Notes: generated from the letters alone by a model not told the origin. Shown: positions 39,221-49,767, counted from the first letter of the stretch. The stretch: DNA of 64,000 bases from Myxococcota bacterium (GCA_965140415.1 OZ223209.1:4608001-4672000), one strand, 5' to 3'. Program-made: numbers and translations.

Positions 39221-40402
39221 ATGCGAGCTTGGACAATCGCAATCGGAATGATTCTTGTATTCGGTATGACATTGTGTGCCTGCTCCGAAAAGATCAGCGT
39301 TTCGTTTTCTTCCGATGGGGATCTCACCGCAGATGGCAACTTTTCCTCCGATGGCGATGTCGCAGAAGATGGCGACAGTTCAACCGATGGCGACTCACCA
39401 ACACCCATCGCGCAGTGTACACCCAATGTATACCGCTGCTATCATGACGACGTTCAGCTTTGCAACGATCGCTTCGAATGGACCTTCTACCGCGATTGCA
39501 GCGCAGAAGGAAAAAATTGTATAGACGGTCAATGTGTGGATACCGATGGGGAAACGATTCCAGATGGGGATCTTGTTGCCGACGGGGATCTGTCCACCGA
39601 CGGGGATCTGCCAATTGACGGAGATCTAAGCGAAGCGGAAGCGGACTCCGGAGAAACATCATGCACAAGCGATGCGGATTGCGTGGCACAAAATACCTAC
39701 TGCTTTTTCGAGAATTCCGAAGAAAATCATGGCGTTTGCCGCTTGTACTGCAACCAGGGCGGAGATTGTCCGCAGGGCTGGAATTGCTCCGCCGGAACAT
39801 GCGAGCGCATCGAAAACTTCTGCACTTCGGATACGGAGTGCGGCATTGATGAATTCTGCTCGGAAATCCTCCCCGGTTACGGCTTATGCACCAGCTATTG
39901 CTTTGCAATGAATTCAGAATGCTCGGAAGGCTCGATCTGCGATGAAGATGCACAGTCGGATACCTATGGACACTGTATCGAAGCACCTGGAGACGGTCAG
40001 GTTTGCAGAAAAGACAGCGACTGCGAGGACTCCGAGCACTGTAACCTTACGATGTTTCCGGGCATGTGTGCGCCCACGGAGGGCACCTGCATCGAAGATT
40101 GCGGCCCGAATAACCCCTGCCCTGCGGATAAAACCTGCAATAGCTACGGACGCTGCGTCAGCGGAGAACCGGACTGCGGCTACGATTGTCCTCAAGGCTA
40201 TGTTTGCGATCCGGTGTTCAATACCTGTGTGCTTAATTGTCCCGAATGCGGTCCGAATGAATGCTGCGATGCCGATAGCGCCCCCAATTGCTATATGTGC
40301 AATTGCACCAATCCTGCGGTTTGCGGCTTTGGCTTGCCTTCCTGTTGCTTTGGTTCCTGCTGTTCGGCAGTCATATACGGGGTAGCCGGATATTGCCTGT
40401 GA
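39221..40402 (+). CDS. Lipoprotein with DGD repeats and Cys-rich repeats (paralog B)
   Basis: GGAGG RBS, lipobox LCAC. The C-terminal region closely matches paralog A and ends CSAVIYGVAGYCL. Confidence 0.85.
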   Translation: MRAWTIAIGMILVFGMTLCACSEKISVSFSSDGDLTADGNFSSDGDVAEDGDSSTDGDSPTPIAQCTPNVYRCYHDDVQLCNDRFEWTFYRDCSAEGKNCIDGQCVDTDGETIPDGDLVADGDLSTDGDLPIDGDLSEAEADSGETSCTSDADCVAQNTYCFFENSEENHGVCRLYCNQGGDCPQGWNCSAGTCERIENFCTSDTECGIDEFCSEILPGYGLCTSYCFAMNSECSEGSICDEDAQSDTYGHCIEAPGDGQVCRKDSDCEDSEHCNLTMFPGMCAPTEGTCIEDCGPNNPCPADKTCNSYGRCVSGEPDCGYDCPQGYVCDPVFNTCVLNCPECGPNECCDADSAPNCYMCNCTNPAVCGFGLPSCCFGSCCSAVIYGVAGYCL

Positions 40403-40593
40403 AACGGACATAAACCTGCATGATCATCCATCTCACGTTGGAGTGAAAAAACGGCTCTAACAGAAACGGAATTGCCCCCTCAAAGCGCTTGCTCCCCTTG
40501 CAAGGGTGTGGTATGACTTGCATAATATTGGATCTTTACTGTGTAACGATACATTGATTTCCGGGGGGAAAAGCAAACGAAAGGTGTGGAATT

Positions 40594-43500
40594 ATGAAAA
40601 CACCGACGAATACTACCTGGTGGTTATTCTTCGCGTTGGCGCTAATGCTGTTTTTTATGCCCGTTGCCTGTGATAACAGCGCGGGTACGGCGGCAGACGG
40701 CGATGTAGCAGATGGCGATTGCGACTGCCCATATGGTTGCGATGACAATGGAACCTGCTTGGGACAACCCTGCCAGGACGACATCGACTGTCCCAGCGGC
40801 ATGCTCTGTGAAGACGGCGTATGCACCTCCACCGATCCGGTGATCGACGGGGATACAATCGATGGCGACAGCGACGGCAAGCCGATCCTGGATGGCGACA
40901 TAGAGGATGACGGGACGGACGATCCTGCCGATGGCGACAGCGAATTCGGCATCGATTTCGAAACCGACATTCCGCATTCCGACGACAATCCCTGGATTCA
41001 GGTCGAACCTTTATTGGTCGATTTCGGCGCGGTGCCGTTGTGGTCCACATTGGACAAGCAAGTGCGTATCTCCAACATCGGCATGATGACGCTGGTTGTA
41101 GACGATCTGTACCTCTACTACGAACGTAACGACACCTTAGAGGAACTCACACTTCAGCACGACAGCCTGCCACTGGAAATCTCGACAATGCAGGAAGCCT
41201 TTGTAACGGTTTCTTTTGCACCGCAGGATATGAACCCGGACACCGATCTGCTGGTAATTCATTCCAACGACCCCAGCGAACCGAATGTCGGCGTGCACAT
41301 CATCACCGATGTCAAAGCCACCGGTACCTTCAGCGTGCAGCCGCAAGCCATTGAATTCGGCGAGGTGCGCCTGGGCAATTACAGCCAGACCGTAGTGCTG
41401 GAAAACCGGGGTGGCTTGGACATTTTCCTGTTCCGCCTTGAACTGGAGAGCGACAGCCCGGAAATCACGGTTGAAGGAATCCCGGCGGATATCAGCCAGG
41501 ATACCCCTTACCGAGTCCGCGCCGGAGAAGATCTGGAACTGACGGTGCATTATGATCCCGTCGTAGACGATGGCGCGGAGGATTCCGGAATTCTGCACAT
41601 TCGCTGTAGCGATGAAATCACCCCGATTTACGAAATCCCGATCAGCGGCACCCCCTGCGAGCCGGATATCGACGTCCTTCCCGCCGCGCTGGATTATTCC
41701 GGCGTCGCGCTCGGCTCTTCCGATACCCAGTGTACGACGGTAACCAACGCAGGCTGTCATGCACTGACAATTACCGACATCGCCATCGAAGACGATGCCG
41801 ACGGCGCGTTCACCTGGCAAACCGATCCAGGCAGCAGCGCCGTATTGCAGCCCGAAGAAGAGCTGGAACTGTGCATCACCTTCACGCCGACGAGCTTGGA
41901 TCAGGACAGTGGTTTGTTAGTGATTACCAGTGACGATCTGGATGAGGGACACGTGGAAGTCCCGCTTTCCAGCGAAGTCATTCCCGCCGATATCGAATGT
42001 GAGCCGGAAGAGTTAGCCTTCGGCCCGGTGCCGATTGGCAGCTCGAAAACCCTTACACTTACCTGTCGAAACAAAAACGCAGCACCGTTATCGATCGATT
42101 ACATCAGCATTGAATATTCGCCGGGGCTGCTGTTTGAAATCACCAACCAGCCGGAAACCGAATTAGGATTGGGTGAAGAAACGACAATCGATGTCACCTA
42201 CAGCCCCACTGCGGAACAGGAAGATACCGCCGTGCTGTCCATCGTATCCAACGACCCGGACGAAAGCCCGTTTGATACTCCGATGTCCGGCGAAGGATAC
42301 GAACCCAACACCTGCCCGGTCGCCCAGATTTCCGTGGCCGATCCGCCGGTGGATGAAATCGAGCAATTCATGACCGTCACCTTTAACGGTGCGGATTCCT
42401 ACGACCCCGATGCGGGGGACTCCATCGCCGCCTATAGCTGGACGGTCATCAGCCGCCCCCTGGGCAGCACCAGCGTATTGCAGAATCCGACCGACGTGCG
42501 CCCCACGCTGGAGATGGACCGCGCCGGTGATTACACGGTTCAACTGGAAGTCGAGGATCAGTCCGGGGAGCCGTCCTGCGTGGCGGCTACGCTTACGATT
42601 ACGGCTGCCGTGCCGCCACCGGATCTGCTGTGCGAACCGGTAACGGTCGATTTCGGCAGTGTGGCGGTTGGAGATTCGCTCTCGCGCTACGTCACCTGCC
42701 GTAACATGGGCCGCAGCACCGTTGTCATCAGCCAGTATGAAGTCGTCACTCCGGCGGCTGGAGTTTTCAGCCTGGTAGGCTCACCGCTGATGGAACTGGG
42801 TTTCAGCGAAAATGTATTTTTGGAATTGTCCTACGCCCCGATTGCCGTAGGCGACGACGAAGGCCAGTTGCGTATTCATTCCAACGACGCCGATCAGCCA
42901 ATTATCGAAATCACACTGCGCGGCGGCAATTACATTCCCAACACCTGCCCGGAAGCGGTGATCGATCTGGTATCACCAACCGGCGATATCTTCACCGGCG
43001 ACACGGTGCGGCTCTCGGGAGCAAATTCTTCCGACCCGGATGCGGGTGATGGCATTTACCAGTATATCTGGTCGTTTGAAAGCACTCCGATTGGTTCGCA
43101 AAGCGAAATCCGGCCTTTCGGAAATGAACAACCGTCGTTCTACGTGGACATGCCGGGAACCTACGTCGTCAAATTGATTGTAAAAGACAACCAGCAGTTG
43201 GTCAGCTGCAACGTGGCCACCTTGCAGATAAACACCGAAACGCCGCCGCCGGATATCGTCTGTACGCCGATGATCGTCAACTACGGCGTTCTTCCCATCG
43301 GCAGCGAAATCACGGAAACCGTAACCTGCTACAACGTAGGACGCGGCGTGCTGCACCTTTCCAGCTATGTCGTCGCCCCCTCCGGCGGTCCCTTCAGCCT
43401 TACGAACACCCCGGAAACGACGTTGTACGAAAACGACACCACCACCTTCGACGTGCGCTACGCACCCACCAGCCCCAGCAGCATCAACGGAACCTTGACC

Positions 43501-44346
43501 ATCCAATCCAACGACCCGGATGAAGCTTCGGTCGTGATTTCCCTGGTGGGAAACAGCTTCGATCCGAACAACTGCCCCGTTCCGGTGATCAACGTCACCA
43601 GCCCGAATCTGGATTATCTGAAGCCTCTGGACACGGTGCAGTTCAACGGCGCAAGCTCCTACGACCCGGACGCAGGCGACGGCATCTCGGAGTATATCTG
43701 GAGCGTGGTAACGCGTCCCAGCGGTTCGACCAGCCAACTGCAAACCTCCAGCGACCAGAATCCAACCTTCTTCGTCGATCTGGCTGGAACCTATCAGATC
43801 AAGCTGGAAGTACGCGACCAGCAGGGCATGCTTTCCTGTTCTCCGGCGTACATCGAATTGAACGCCATTCCACGGGAGATCATTCACGTACAACTGGTCT
43901 GGGATACCGACGAAGGCGATATGGACCTGCATCTGATACGTCCCGGCGGTAGCATGTGGGGCAGTTCGGATTGCTACTATGACAATCTCAGCCCCAACTG
44001 GAGCAGCTACGGGCGCCCCTCGCTGGACATCGACGACCAGCACGGATACGGCCCGGAGAACATCAACCTGGACGATCCCGGTGCGGGAACCTATCGTGTA
44101 TACGCGCACTATTACAATTCGTGGGGCGAGCACAGCGACGTAACCACGACCGTGCGTATTTACATTTACGGTGAACTGCGCGGTTCGTTCGTTGTCGACT
44201 GGCCGGAAAGTTACGAGCATTATCGTTGGCCGGTAGCAGACATTGCCTGGGATGGCCTAGACGCCGTGGTAACCGGACTGGGAACGAATTTCGAATCCGA
44301 CGGTCACGGGCAGAAGGGCTTGACCGGTCCACCGAAAAAGAAGTGA
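40594..44346 (+). CDS. Large surface lipoprotein: DGD linker, repeated Ig-like (choice-of-anchor-D/ASH-like) and PKD modules, C-terminal DUF2135/YfaP-like domain
   Basis: Lipobox PVAC. Repeated VDFGxV...SNDPDE and SYDPDAGD..YxW..P.GS modules. WDTDEGDMDLHL..LDIDDQHGYGPENI at the C-terminus. Confidence 0.85.
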   Translation: MKTPTNTTWWLFFALALMLFFMPVACDNSAGTAADGDVADGDCDCPYGCDDNGTCLGQPCQDDIDCPSGMLCEDGVCTSTDPVIDGDTIDGDSDGKPILDGDIEDDGTDDPADGDSEFGIDFETDIPHSDDNPWIQVEPLLVDFGAVPLWSTLDKQVRISNIGMMTLVVDDLYLYYERNDTLEELTLQHDSLPLEISTMQEAFVTVSFAPQDMNPDTDLLVIHSNDPSEPNVGVHIITDVKATGTFSVQPQAIEFGEVRLGNYSQTVVLENRGGLDIFLFRLELESDSPEITVEGIPADISQDTPYRVRAGEDLELTVHYDPVVDDGAEDSGILHIRCSDEITPIYEIPISGTPCEPDIDVLPAALDYSGVALGSSDTQCTTVTNAGCHALTITDIAIEDDADGAFTWQTDPGSSAVLQPEEELELCITFTPTSLDQDSGLLVITSDDLDEGHVEVPLSSEVIPADIECEPEELAFGPVPIGSSKTLTLTCRNKNAAPLSIDYISIEYSPGLLFEITNQPETELGLGEETTIDVTYSPTAEQEDTAVLSIVSNDPDESPFDTPMSGEGYEPNTCPVAQISVADPPVDEIEQFMTVTFNGADSYDPDAGDSIAAYSWTVISRPLGSTSVLQNPTDVRPTLEMDRAGDYTVQLEVEDQSGEPSCVAATLTITAAVPPPDLLCEPVTVDFGSVAVGDSLSRYVTCRNMGRSTVVISQYEVVTPAAGVFSLVGSPLMELGFSENVFLELSYAPIAVGDDEGQLRIHSNDADQPIIEITLRGGNYIPNTCPEAVIDLVSPTGDIFTGDTVRLSGANSSDPDAGDGIYQYIWSFESTPIGSQSEIRPFGNEQPSFYVDMPGTYVVKLIVKDNQQLVSCNVATLQINTETPPPDIVCTPMIVNYGVLPIGSEITETVTCYNVGRGVLHLSSYVVAPSGGPFSLTNTPETTLYENDTTTFDVRYAPTSPSSINGTLTIQSNDPDEASVVISLVGNSFDPNNCPVPVINVTSPNLDYLKPLDTVQFNGASSYDPDAGDGISEYIWSVVTRPSGSTSQLQTSSDQNPTFFVDLAGTYQIKLEVRDQQGMLSCSPAYIELNAIPREIIHVQLVWDTDEGDMDLHLIRPGGSMWGSSDCYYDNLSPNWSSYGRPSLDIDDQHGYGPENINLDDPGAGTYRVYAHYYNSWGEHSDVTTTVRIYIYGELRGSFVVDWPESYEHYRWPVADIAWDGLDAVVTGLGTNFESDGHGQKGLTGPPKKK

Positions 44347-44359
44347 ACGTATTCCGATC

Positions 44360-44386
44360 ATGGACCGGGAAACTCTCCCGGTCCAT
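44360..44386. other. Perfect 11-bp hairpin just after the stop codon (terminator-like or REP-like)
   Basis: ATGGACCGGGA-AACTC-TCCCGGTCCAT with no T-run. Confidence 0.5.
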
Positions 44387-44445
44387 CCCGGAATTTCCAC
44401 AATTGATGGGAATTCATCTCTTAAAGCCAAAACAGTGGCATCCAT

Positions 44446-46461
44446 ATGCAATGGACGGCTCATGTAAATAAGCTGAATGAAAACGGGATGGCGGATCGCC
44501 TTGTAGCGGCGCTTGTCATGGCGCTGATCGTAGCGACCTCCGCTCTGTGTTTCCGGCTGATCTTTCTGCCACCATTGGAAGCCAAGGTCAACCCATACGG
44601 AATCCAAACATTACAGGCCGCAGCGGAAAACGAACGGAACGTAGTACAGGCGGAACGGGTTTCTCTGCGATCCTGGCCGGGCGGCTTTATGCTGGTCTGG
44701 CTATCGGATGCGGATCAGCCCTTGATGCGCCTGAGCTTTGAGTCCGGTCTGGAATACGACGAGCAGAGCATCCGCTTTCAACCCGAGAGATCCTACATTC
44801 CGGAAGGAATCGACACGGCGCCAATTGTCGAGCGGCTACAGGCGGCGACGTCTGCCGGTATCTGGCATTGGCAACGCGCCGAAAGCCGGGCTGGGCTGGC
44901 GTCCAGGTTAGACCGTAGAGTCATGAAGAGCTTCCTGATGCTTCTTGCTGCGCTATGGGCGCTCGTAGGCTTGGCCGCTGCCTGGGTATTGGCTTCCGCC
45001 AAATGGAATCGCCACGATATCTGGCTGCTGCCGTTATTGTTAATCGCAGTCGCATACACGCTTTGGGCGGAACCGATTCCCTTTGATATCAAGCTACACT
45101 TTCTGCCATTGGATCTTGGGCGCGGCGATCTGGTGGGTGTCTACGGTTTCGGCTTTCCCGGTTTTGAAATGCTGGCGGCCATGCTGGCGGACCAAAGCCC
45201 GGTTTCGCTGTATAGCGCAATTACGGTTTGTGGATTGCTCGGTTTACCGTTGCTGTACGTCATCACACGGCAGGCAAGCGGCAACCGCCTGTATGCCTGG
45301 CTACTGGTGCTGGCGGTGATGTCGCTGCCGCTGTGGCTGCGGGCGATCCGCTCGGATAGTTCCCATGTGGCAGCCTGGACAGCACTTCTGACGGCGGTGG
45401 CTTTATTGCAGCAGCAAACGGAGCGCTGGCGCTACGTGAAGCCATTGTTAGCGGCGCTGGCACTGGCACTGGCGATGATGGTGCGCACTGAATTTGTGGT
45501 ATTACCGGTGGCAGGCTTGCTGCTTTTCGCCGCGATGAACTGGCGACCTGCTAAAGGACGTTTGCCGCTGCTGCTTGCCACTGCTGCCCTGATTCTGCTT
45601 TTACTGCCCAATTATCGCTGGATCGTCGGCGCGCTAAGTTGGGAAGCGGAAGACTTTCTGTTGCCTTCCCAAACCCTGAAAGCGGTAGTGGGAATCAGCC
45701 AGGGGAATCTGTTTTTTCATCCCGATTTCACACCACGCGCGTTCATGTGGTTTGCCTGCTTTGGCTGGGCGATGTTGCTGGCTAAACGACACTTTTTCAT
45801 TGCCGTATCCGCCTTGCTGTTTCCTGCCCTGTTCCTGTTTCACGAATTCACCTTAAAACCAACCTATCAGTCCGCGCACTATCAGTTCATGGCCTGGATG
45901 CCGTATGCGGCGCTGATGGCTTATGGGTTGTTGCAGTTAGTCAAAGGCTTCGAGTGGCTTAAACTGCCTAAGCTCACAATTGCAGTGGTGCTGGGGCTAT
46001 CTCTTTTCGCGATGATCACCCCCTCTCGCTATGCCACTCTCATGAGCCGGGAACCTACGACCATCCACCAGGAAGTCTCGTTCTTTACCGACAACCTGGC
46101 GTCGTTTTCGGATGTCGGTCTGGTTTATGCCTTTCAGGAGAACAACGACTCCGCCTTGAAGAACCCGGAGAACCTGCTACACGCATCGGGGGTGAGCTCG
46201 GTGGATTTCCGCTATTTCAATTTCGGCGAAGAAGACCGGGTGGAAGTAAGCCCCGGCGACTGGTACTATCGCGGGCTGGCCTGCTATACCGACCCCAAAC
46301 TCTGGAATGCTAAAAGCTGCTTCCGCTTTGAAGACAAATTGACGTTGCAACCCTTGGTGACCCGCCTTCTGGGGCAGCGTCCCTACCAAAACGCCGGATT
46401 GCCCCTGCCACAGGTGGAAATCGGCCTGTTTCGCGTGCTGGAAAACGAACAGGAAAAGTAA
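44446..46461 (+). CDS. Polytopic membrane protein, possibly GT-C glycosyltransferase-like
   Basis: About 12 hydrophobic helices and a soluble C-terminal domain. Start uncertain (ATG 44488 is an alternative). Confidence 0.55.
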   Translation: MQWTAHVNKLNENGMADRLVAALVMALIVATSALCFRLIFLPPLEAKVNPYGIQTLQAAAENERNVVQAERVSLRSWPGGFMLVWLSDADQPLMRLSFESGLEYDEQSIRFQPERSYIPEGIDTAPIVERLQAATSAGIWHWQRAESRAGLASRLDRRVMKSFLMLLAALWALVGLAAAWVLASAKWNRHDIWLLPLLLIAVAYTLWAEPIPFDIKLHFLPLDLGRGDLVGVYGFGFPGFEMLAAMLADQSPVSLYSAITVCGLLGLPLLYVITRQASGNRLYAWLLVLAVMSLPLWLRAIRSDSSHVAAWTALLTAVALLQQQTERWRYVKPLLAALALALAMMVRTEFVVLPVAGLLLFAAMNWRPAKGRLPLLLATAALILLLLPNYRWIVGALSWEAEDFLLPSQTLKAVVGISQGNLFFHPDFTPRAFMWFACFGWAMLLAKRHFFIAVSALLFPALFLFHEFTLKPTYQSAHYQFMAWMPYAALMAYGLLQLVKGFEWLKLPKLTIAVVLGLSLFAMITPSRYATLMSREPTTIHQEVSFFTDNLASFSDVGLVYAFQENNDSALKNPENLLHASGVSSVDFRYFNFGEEDRVEVSPGDWYYRGLACYTDPKLWNAKSCFRFEDKLTLQPLVTRLLGQRPYQNAGLPLPQVEIGLFRVLENEQEK

Positions 46462-46476
46462 AGCTTTTACATACCG

Positions 46477-48039
46477 TCACTGCCTGTTTACCATCGCCGC
46501 AAAGGTCAGAAGCAAAAGCAAACATACTGCCGGAGAACCAACACCCGTACAACCATCGCCGGAGCCTTCGTCGGTTGTAACTCCCGATCCAGAATTGTAT
46601 GCGTCGATGTCGCCATCCAAGATGGGATAATCGTTTTCACCCGAGCGCTCATCGCCATCGGTCGCACTGGAATCGCCGTCGGTGCTTATCGTATCGCCAT
46701 CTACGGAAACCGGGTCCGAATCCGCGTCGGACGAAATCTCCGCATCCAGCAGGTCGTCATCGCCATCCGATTCGGCAAGTTCAGCATCTCCATCAACCGC
46801 CACGCAAGCACCGTTTACACAGATTTCTCCCTGCTGCGTGCAGGTCACCACCCAGTCCCAACGCTGCTCGCTTTCATTGCAAGTCAATAGATCCTGACCG
46901 GAGCACAGGGTTTCACCATCGGTGCAGAAGGGATCGTCGTCGCCGTCACTTGCGCCGCACTGGGCGGAGGCGTCGCCGGGGCATTGATCGCTTCCCGTGC
47001 CGCAGCCGTCCAAACGGGTATCGAGCGAACCGCGCGAGTCGGTGGCCCAGATCCACCAGTTTTCCAGCGCGAGGCGGTAGGTCTCGAACTTGGCCAGATC
47101 AGCGGACGACGGCGGCGTTCCCGGTGAATGCACGAAAACGAACGCCACTTTATAGTGACAGGGCGAACTTGACGGATTGCGCTCTCCCACGGCGCGAATC
47201 ACGTCCTCGATGCCGAAATCCTTTCGGTACCCGTAGATATCATGCGCCACGCCTCTGGCCTGGGGCCAATCCGCACAGCCATGCAAACCGTTGGCTTGCA
47301 CGTACCACAGCGGCCCGACTTCCTGCGAGGAACGCAAGCCCATCAGGTATTGGTCGAAATAGCTGAATTTTCTCGGACCGTTGATATCCGTAAAGCTGCC
47401 GTCGCCGTTGTCGGTCAACATGCCGCCGTACATGACCGAATCCGAGTTAAACCAGCAGGACCAGTGCGTGATCGGGCCGCTGTCCCGATAGCCGCGCAGA
47501 ATGTCGAGATCGCCCCGGCCATCGTTATGATTCACGTTGGCATACGCCAGCCAGTGATGCCCGATTTCATGGCCGATGATCTCCAGCCCGCTGATGGGAA
47601 TCTGCGAAAAGATGCCCTCCGGGCTGTCGGGCAGGCTTTGAATCGATCCCAATGTCACCGCTTGCAGCAACCGCCCCTGCGATCCGAGATGGGCATAGTT
47701 CCAGGGGGTTGTATCGTAGCCGATGCCCTTGACATCCGCCTGAACCGGATAACCGGTCTTTTCGCTGGCGGGAAGCGCTTTATTCGTGATGAAAATGAGG
47801 ATGTCGTAGTTGTCCGGATGTGTGGCGTAAAACGCCTGCCCGGCCTGTGGTACACAAAGACCATTGGGGTACATGAGGTTGCTGCAAAGCCCGCTCGCCG
47901 GTAGGATAGTACTAAAAGTATCTTCGATCACGGCGATCTGATCGTAGTCCTGACTATACGCAAATAGTGGAAATTTGATCGTAAAGACCACTAGAAGTCC
48001 AGTAAGAAAGCGCGTAAACCTTTGCCGGATTCGCTTCAT
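46477..48039 (-). CDS. Exported zinc metallopeptidase-like protein with DGD linker and MYXO-CTERM-like C-terminus
   Basis: AGGAG RBS before ATG 48039, signal peptide and HEIGHHW. DGD tract, then GDGC-x-LLLLL-x-RQ tail. Confidence 0.8.
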   Translation of the reverse strand: MKRIRQRFTRFLTGLLVVFTIKFPLFAYSQDYDQIAVIEDTFSTILPASGLCSNLMYPNGLCVPQAGQAFYATHPDNYDILIFITNKALPASEKTGYPVQADVKGIGYDTTPWNYAHLGSQGRLLQAVTLGSIQSLPDSPEGIFSQIPISGLEIIGHEIGHHWLAYANVNHNDGRGDLDILRGYRDSGPITHWSCWFNSDSVMYGGMLTDNGDGSFTDINGPRKFSYFDQYLMGLRSSQEVGPLWYVQANGLHGCADWPQARGVAHDIYGYRKDFGIEDVIRAVGERNPSSSPCHYKVAFVFVHSPGTPPSSADLAKFETYRLALENWWIWATDSRGSLDTRLDGCGTGSDQCPGDASAQCGASDGDDDPFCTDGETLCSGQDLLTCNESEQRWDWVVTCTQQGEICVNGACVAVDGDAELAESDGDDDLLDAEISSDADSDPVSVDGDTISTDGDSSATDGDERSGENDYPILDGDIDAYNSGSGVTTDEGSGDGCTGVGSPAVCLLLLLTFAAMVNRQ

Positions 48040-48241
48040 CGTTGTCTCCTGGCCAATGGCGAGTGATCGAGGCCATTCATTTATTGTCGCAGCTTTAGCA
48101 AACACGATTCTAATCCAAACAGGTGAGAGAACAAAGCCCTTTTCTTGGAAGTTCAAAAAGATGAATGCGACCTCTTGACAAGCTCCCCAGTCTGTTTTAC
48201 ATTTAGACAAGTATCGAATTGATACGGAAGGAGTGGCCGAT

Positions 48242-48538
48242 ATGGACACCAAACAACTCGCAAAAGTCATGAAAGCGCTCTCCAACGAGAACCGGCTGGC
48301 ACTGTATCTGGAAATCGCCAGGCATGAGGAATCGGATTTCGAAGCACCAGAGTGCGCCATCAGTGACATCGTAAAATTGTTCGGAATCAGTCCGCCGACC
48401 ATCTCCCATCATCTCAAAGAATTGACCAATGCCGAGCTGATCACCACCGAAAAGCGTGGAAAATACTTGGTTGCTCGCATTAACCGAGACACGCTGGTCC
48501 AGGTTCAACAAGTTCTTGACGGAATTGAAGGGATGTAA
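48242..48538 (+). CDS. ArsR/SmtB-family transcriptional regulator
   Basis: KALSNENRL, ISPPTISHHLKEL and EKRGK. GTG 48233 is an alternative start. Confidence 0.9.
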   Translation: MDTKQLAKVMKALSNENRLALYLEIARHEESDFEAPECAISDIVKLFGISPPTISHHLKELTNAELITTEKRGKYLVARINRDTLVQVQQVLDGIEGM

Positions 48539-48539
48539 A

Positions 48540-49751
48540 GTGAGCCTTTTTTTTGACAGTACACTTCGATGGTTTTCGAATCGTAGAAGTATCAGGCGCT
48601 TCGGCCGCAAACACGTGTTTCTGGCCGCTGCTCTGCTTCTATTTTTAGCGGGAGGATTTGCGATCATGACACTATGGTCCGCAACCGGTAAACAGGCATC
48701 CGGCGAGCGTTTGGAAGTAATGAAAGTATCGCCGAATTGGAAGGACGGGCAATTCGTCAACTCGCTCCCAGAAAACGAGCCGAAGATTCTTGAAGCAATG
48801 GGAAAATGGCTGAGCAAAACGGCCAAAACGATTCCCGATGCTCCGATTTCAGTAGTCGAGCGCAAGGCGGAAGATTTTAAGACGCAACCGGAAAGCGGCC
48901 TGCGCATCACCTGGCTAGGACATTCGACATTTCTCATTGAAATCGACGGTCGCCGGGTGCTCGTCGATCCGGTGTGGAGCGAGCGCGTTTCGCCCGTAAA
49001 ATGGGCGGGACCGAAGCGTTTTCATAAACCGCCGTTAGCGCTTGAAGACTTGCCCACCTTAGACGCGGTAGTCATTTCCCACGATCATTATGACCATCTC
49101 GATTATCGCACGATCCTGGCTCTTGGAAACGATGTACCTGCATACATTATGCCGCTTGGCGTGGGCGCGCACCTCGAACATTGGGGAATATCGCCCGAGC
49201 GAATCGTCGAGCGCGACTGGTGGGGCGAGGTGCAGTTGGGCGATCTCACGTTTACCGCCACGCCCGCGCGACATTTTTCCGGGCGCTCTCCGGTGATGGC
49301 GGATAAGAAAAGTACCCTGTGGTCAGGCTGGGTGATCGCGACTGCGAAGCATCGCGTTTACTACAGCGGCGACACCGGCATGTTCCACGGATTCAAGGAC
49401 ATCGGCGAGCGTTTAGGCCCGTTCGATGCCGTTCTCATCGAAATCGGCGCATACAACCAATTGTGGGCCGACTTGCATATCGGGCCGGAACAAGCCATCG
49501 CCGCGCGCCTCGCTTTGGGCAGCGGTCTGTTCATTCCCGCTCATTGGGGAACTTTCGACCTGGCCTTGCATTCCTGGACCGAACCCGTAGAGCGCCTTCT
49601 GGTTGCCGCCGAAAAGGCTAAAGTGCCGCTGGCCATTCCAAAACCTGGAGAAAGCATCGAGCCGGTTGATCCTCCCAAAACGATTCGCTGGTGGCCGGAT
49701 GTCGCCTGGCAGAGCGGCGATGAAGCACCCGTGATCTCCAGCGGCCTTTGA
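48540..49751 (+). CDS. MBL-fold hydrolase (NAPE-PLD/RomA-like)
   Basis: TWLGHST, VDPVWS, SHDHYDHLD, PARHFSGR, YSGDTG, IGAY and HWGTF. N-terminal TM. Confidence 0.9.
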   Translation: MSLFFDSTLRWFSNRRSIRRFGRKHVFLAAALLLFLAGGFAIMTLWSATGKQASGERLEVMKVSPNWKDGQFVNSLPENEPKILEAMGKWLSKTAKTIPDAPISVVERKAEDFKTQPESGLRITWLGHSTFLIEIDGRRVLVDPVWSERVSPVKWAGPKRFHKPPLALEDLPTLDAVVISHDHYDHLDYRTILALGNDVPAYIMPLGVGAHLEHWGISPERIVERDWWGEVQLGDLTFTATPARHFSGRSPVMADKKSTLWSGWVIATAKHRVYYSGDTGMFHGFKDIGERLGPFDAVLIEIGAYNQLWADLHIGPEQAIAARLALGSGLFIPAHWGTFDLALHSWTEPVERLLVAAEKAKVPLAIPKPGESIEPVDPPKTIRWWPDVAWQSGDEAPVISSGL

Positions 49752-49767
49752 CGATGTGAGGAGGACT

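Noticed and set aside
39000-40402. C-terminal YCI/YCL as CaaX prenylation motifs for the CPBP protease
   Set aside because: The Cys is penultimate, not fourth from the end, and is probably part of a disulfide network.
48040-48402. N-terminal extension of the 641-aa ORF
   Set aside because: It overlaps the ArsR gene antisense. The true start is ATG 48039, which has an RBS and signal peptide.
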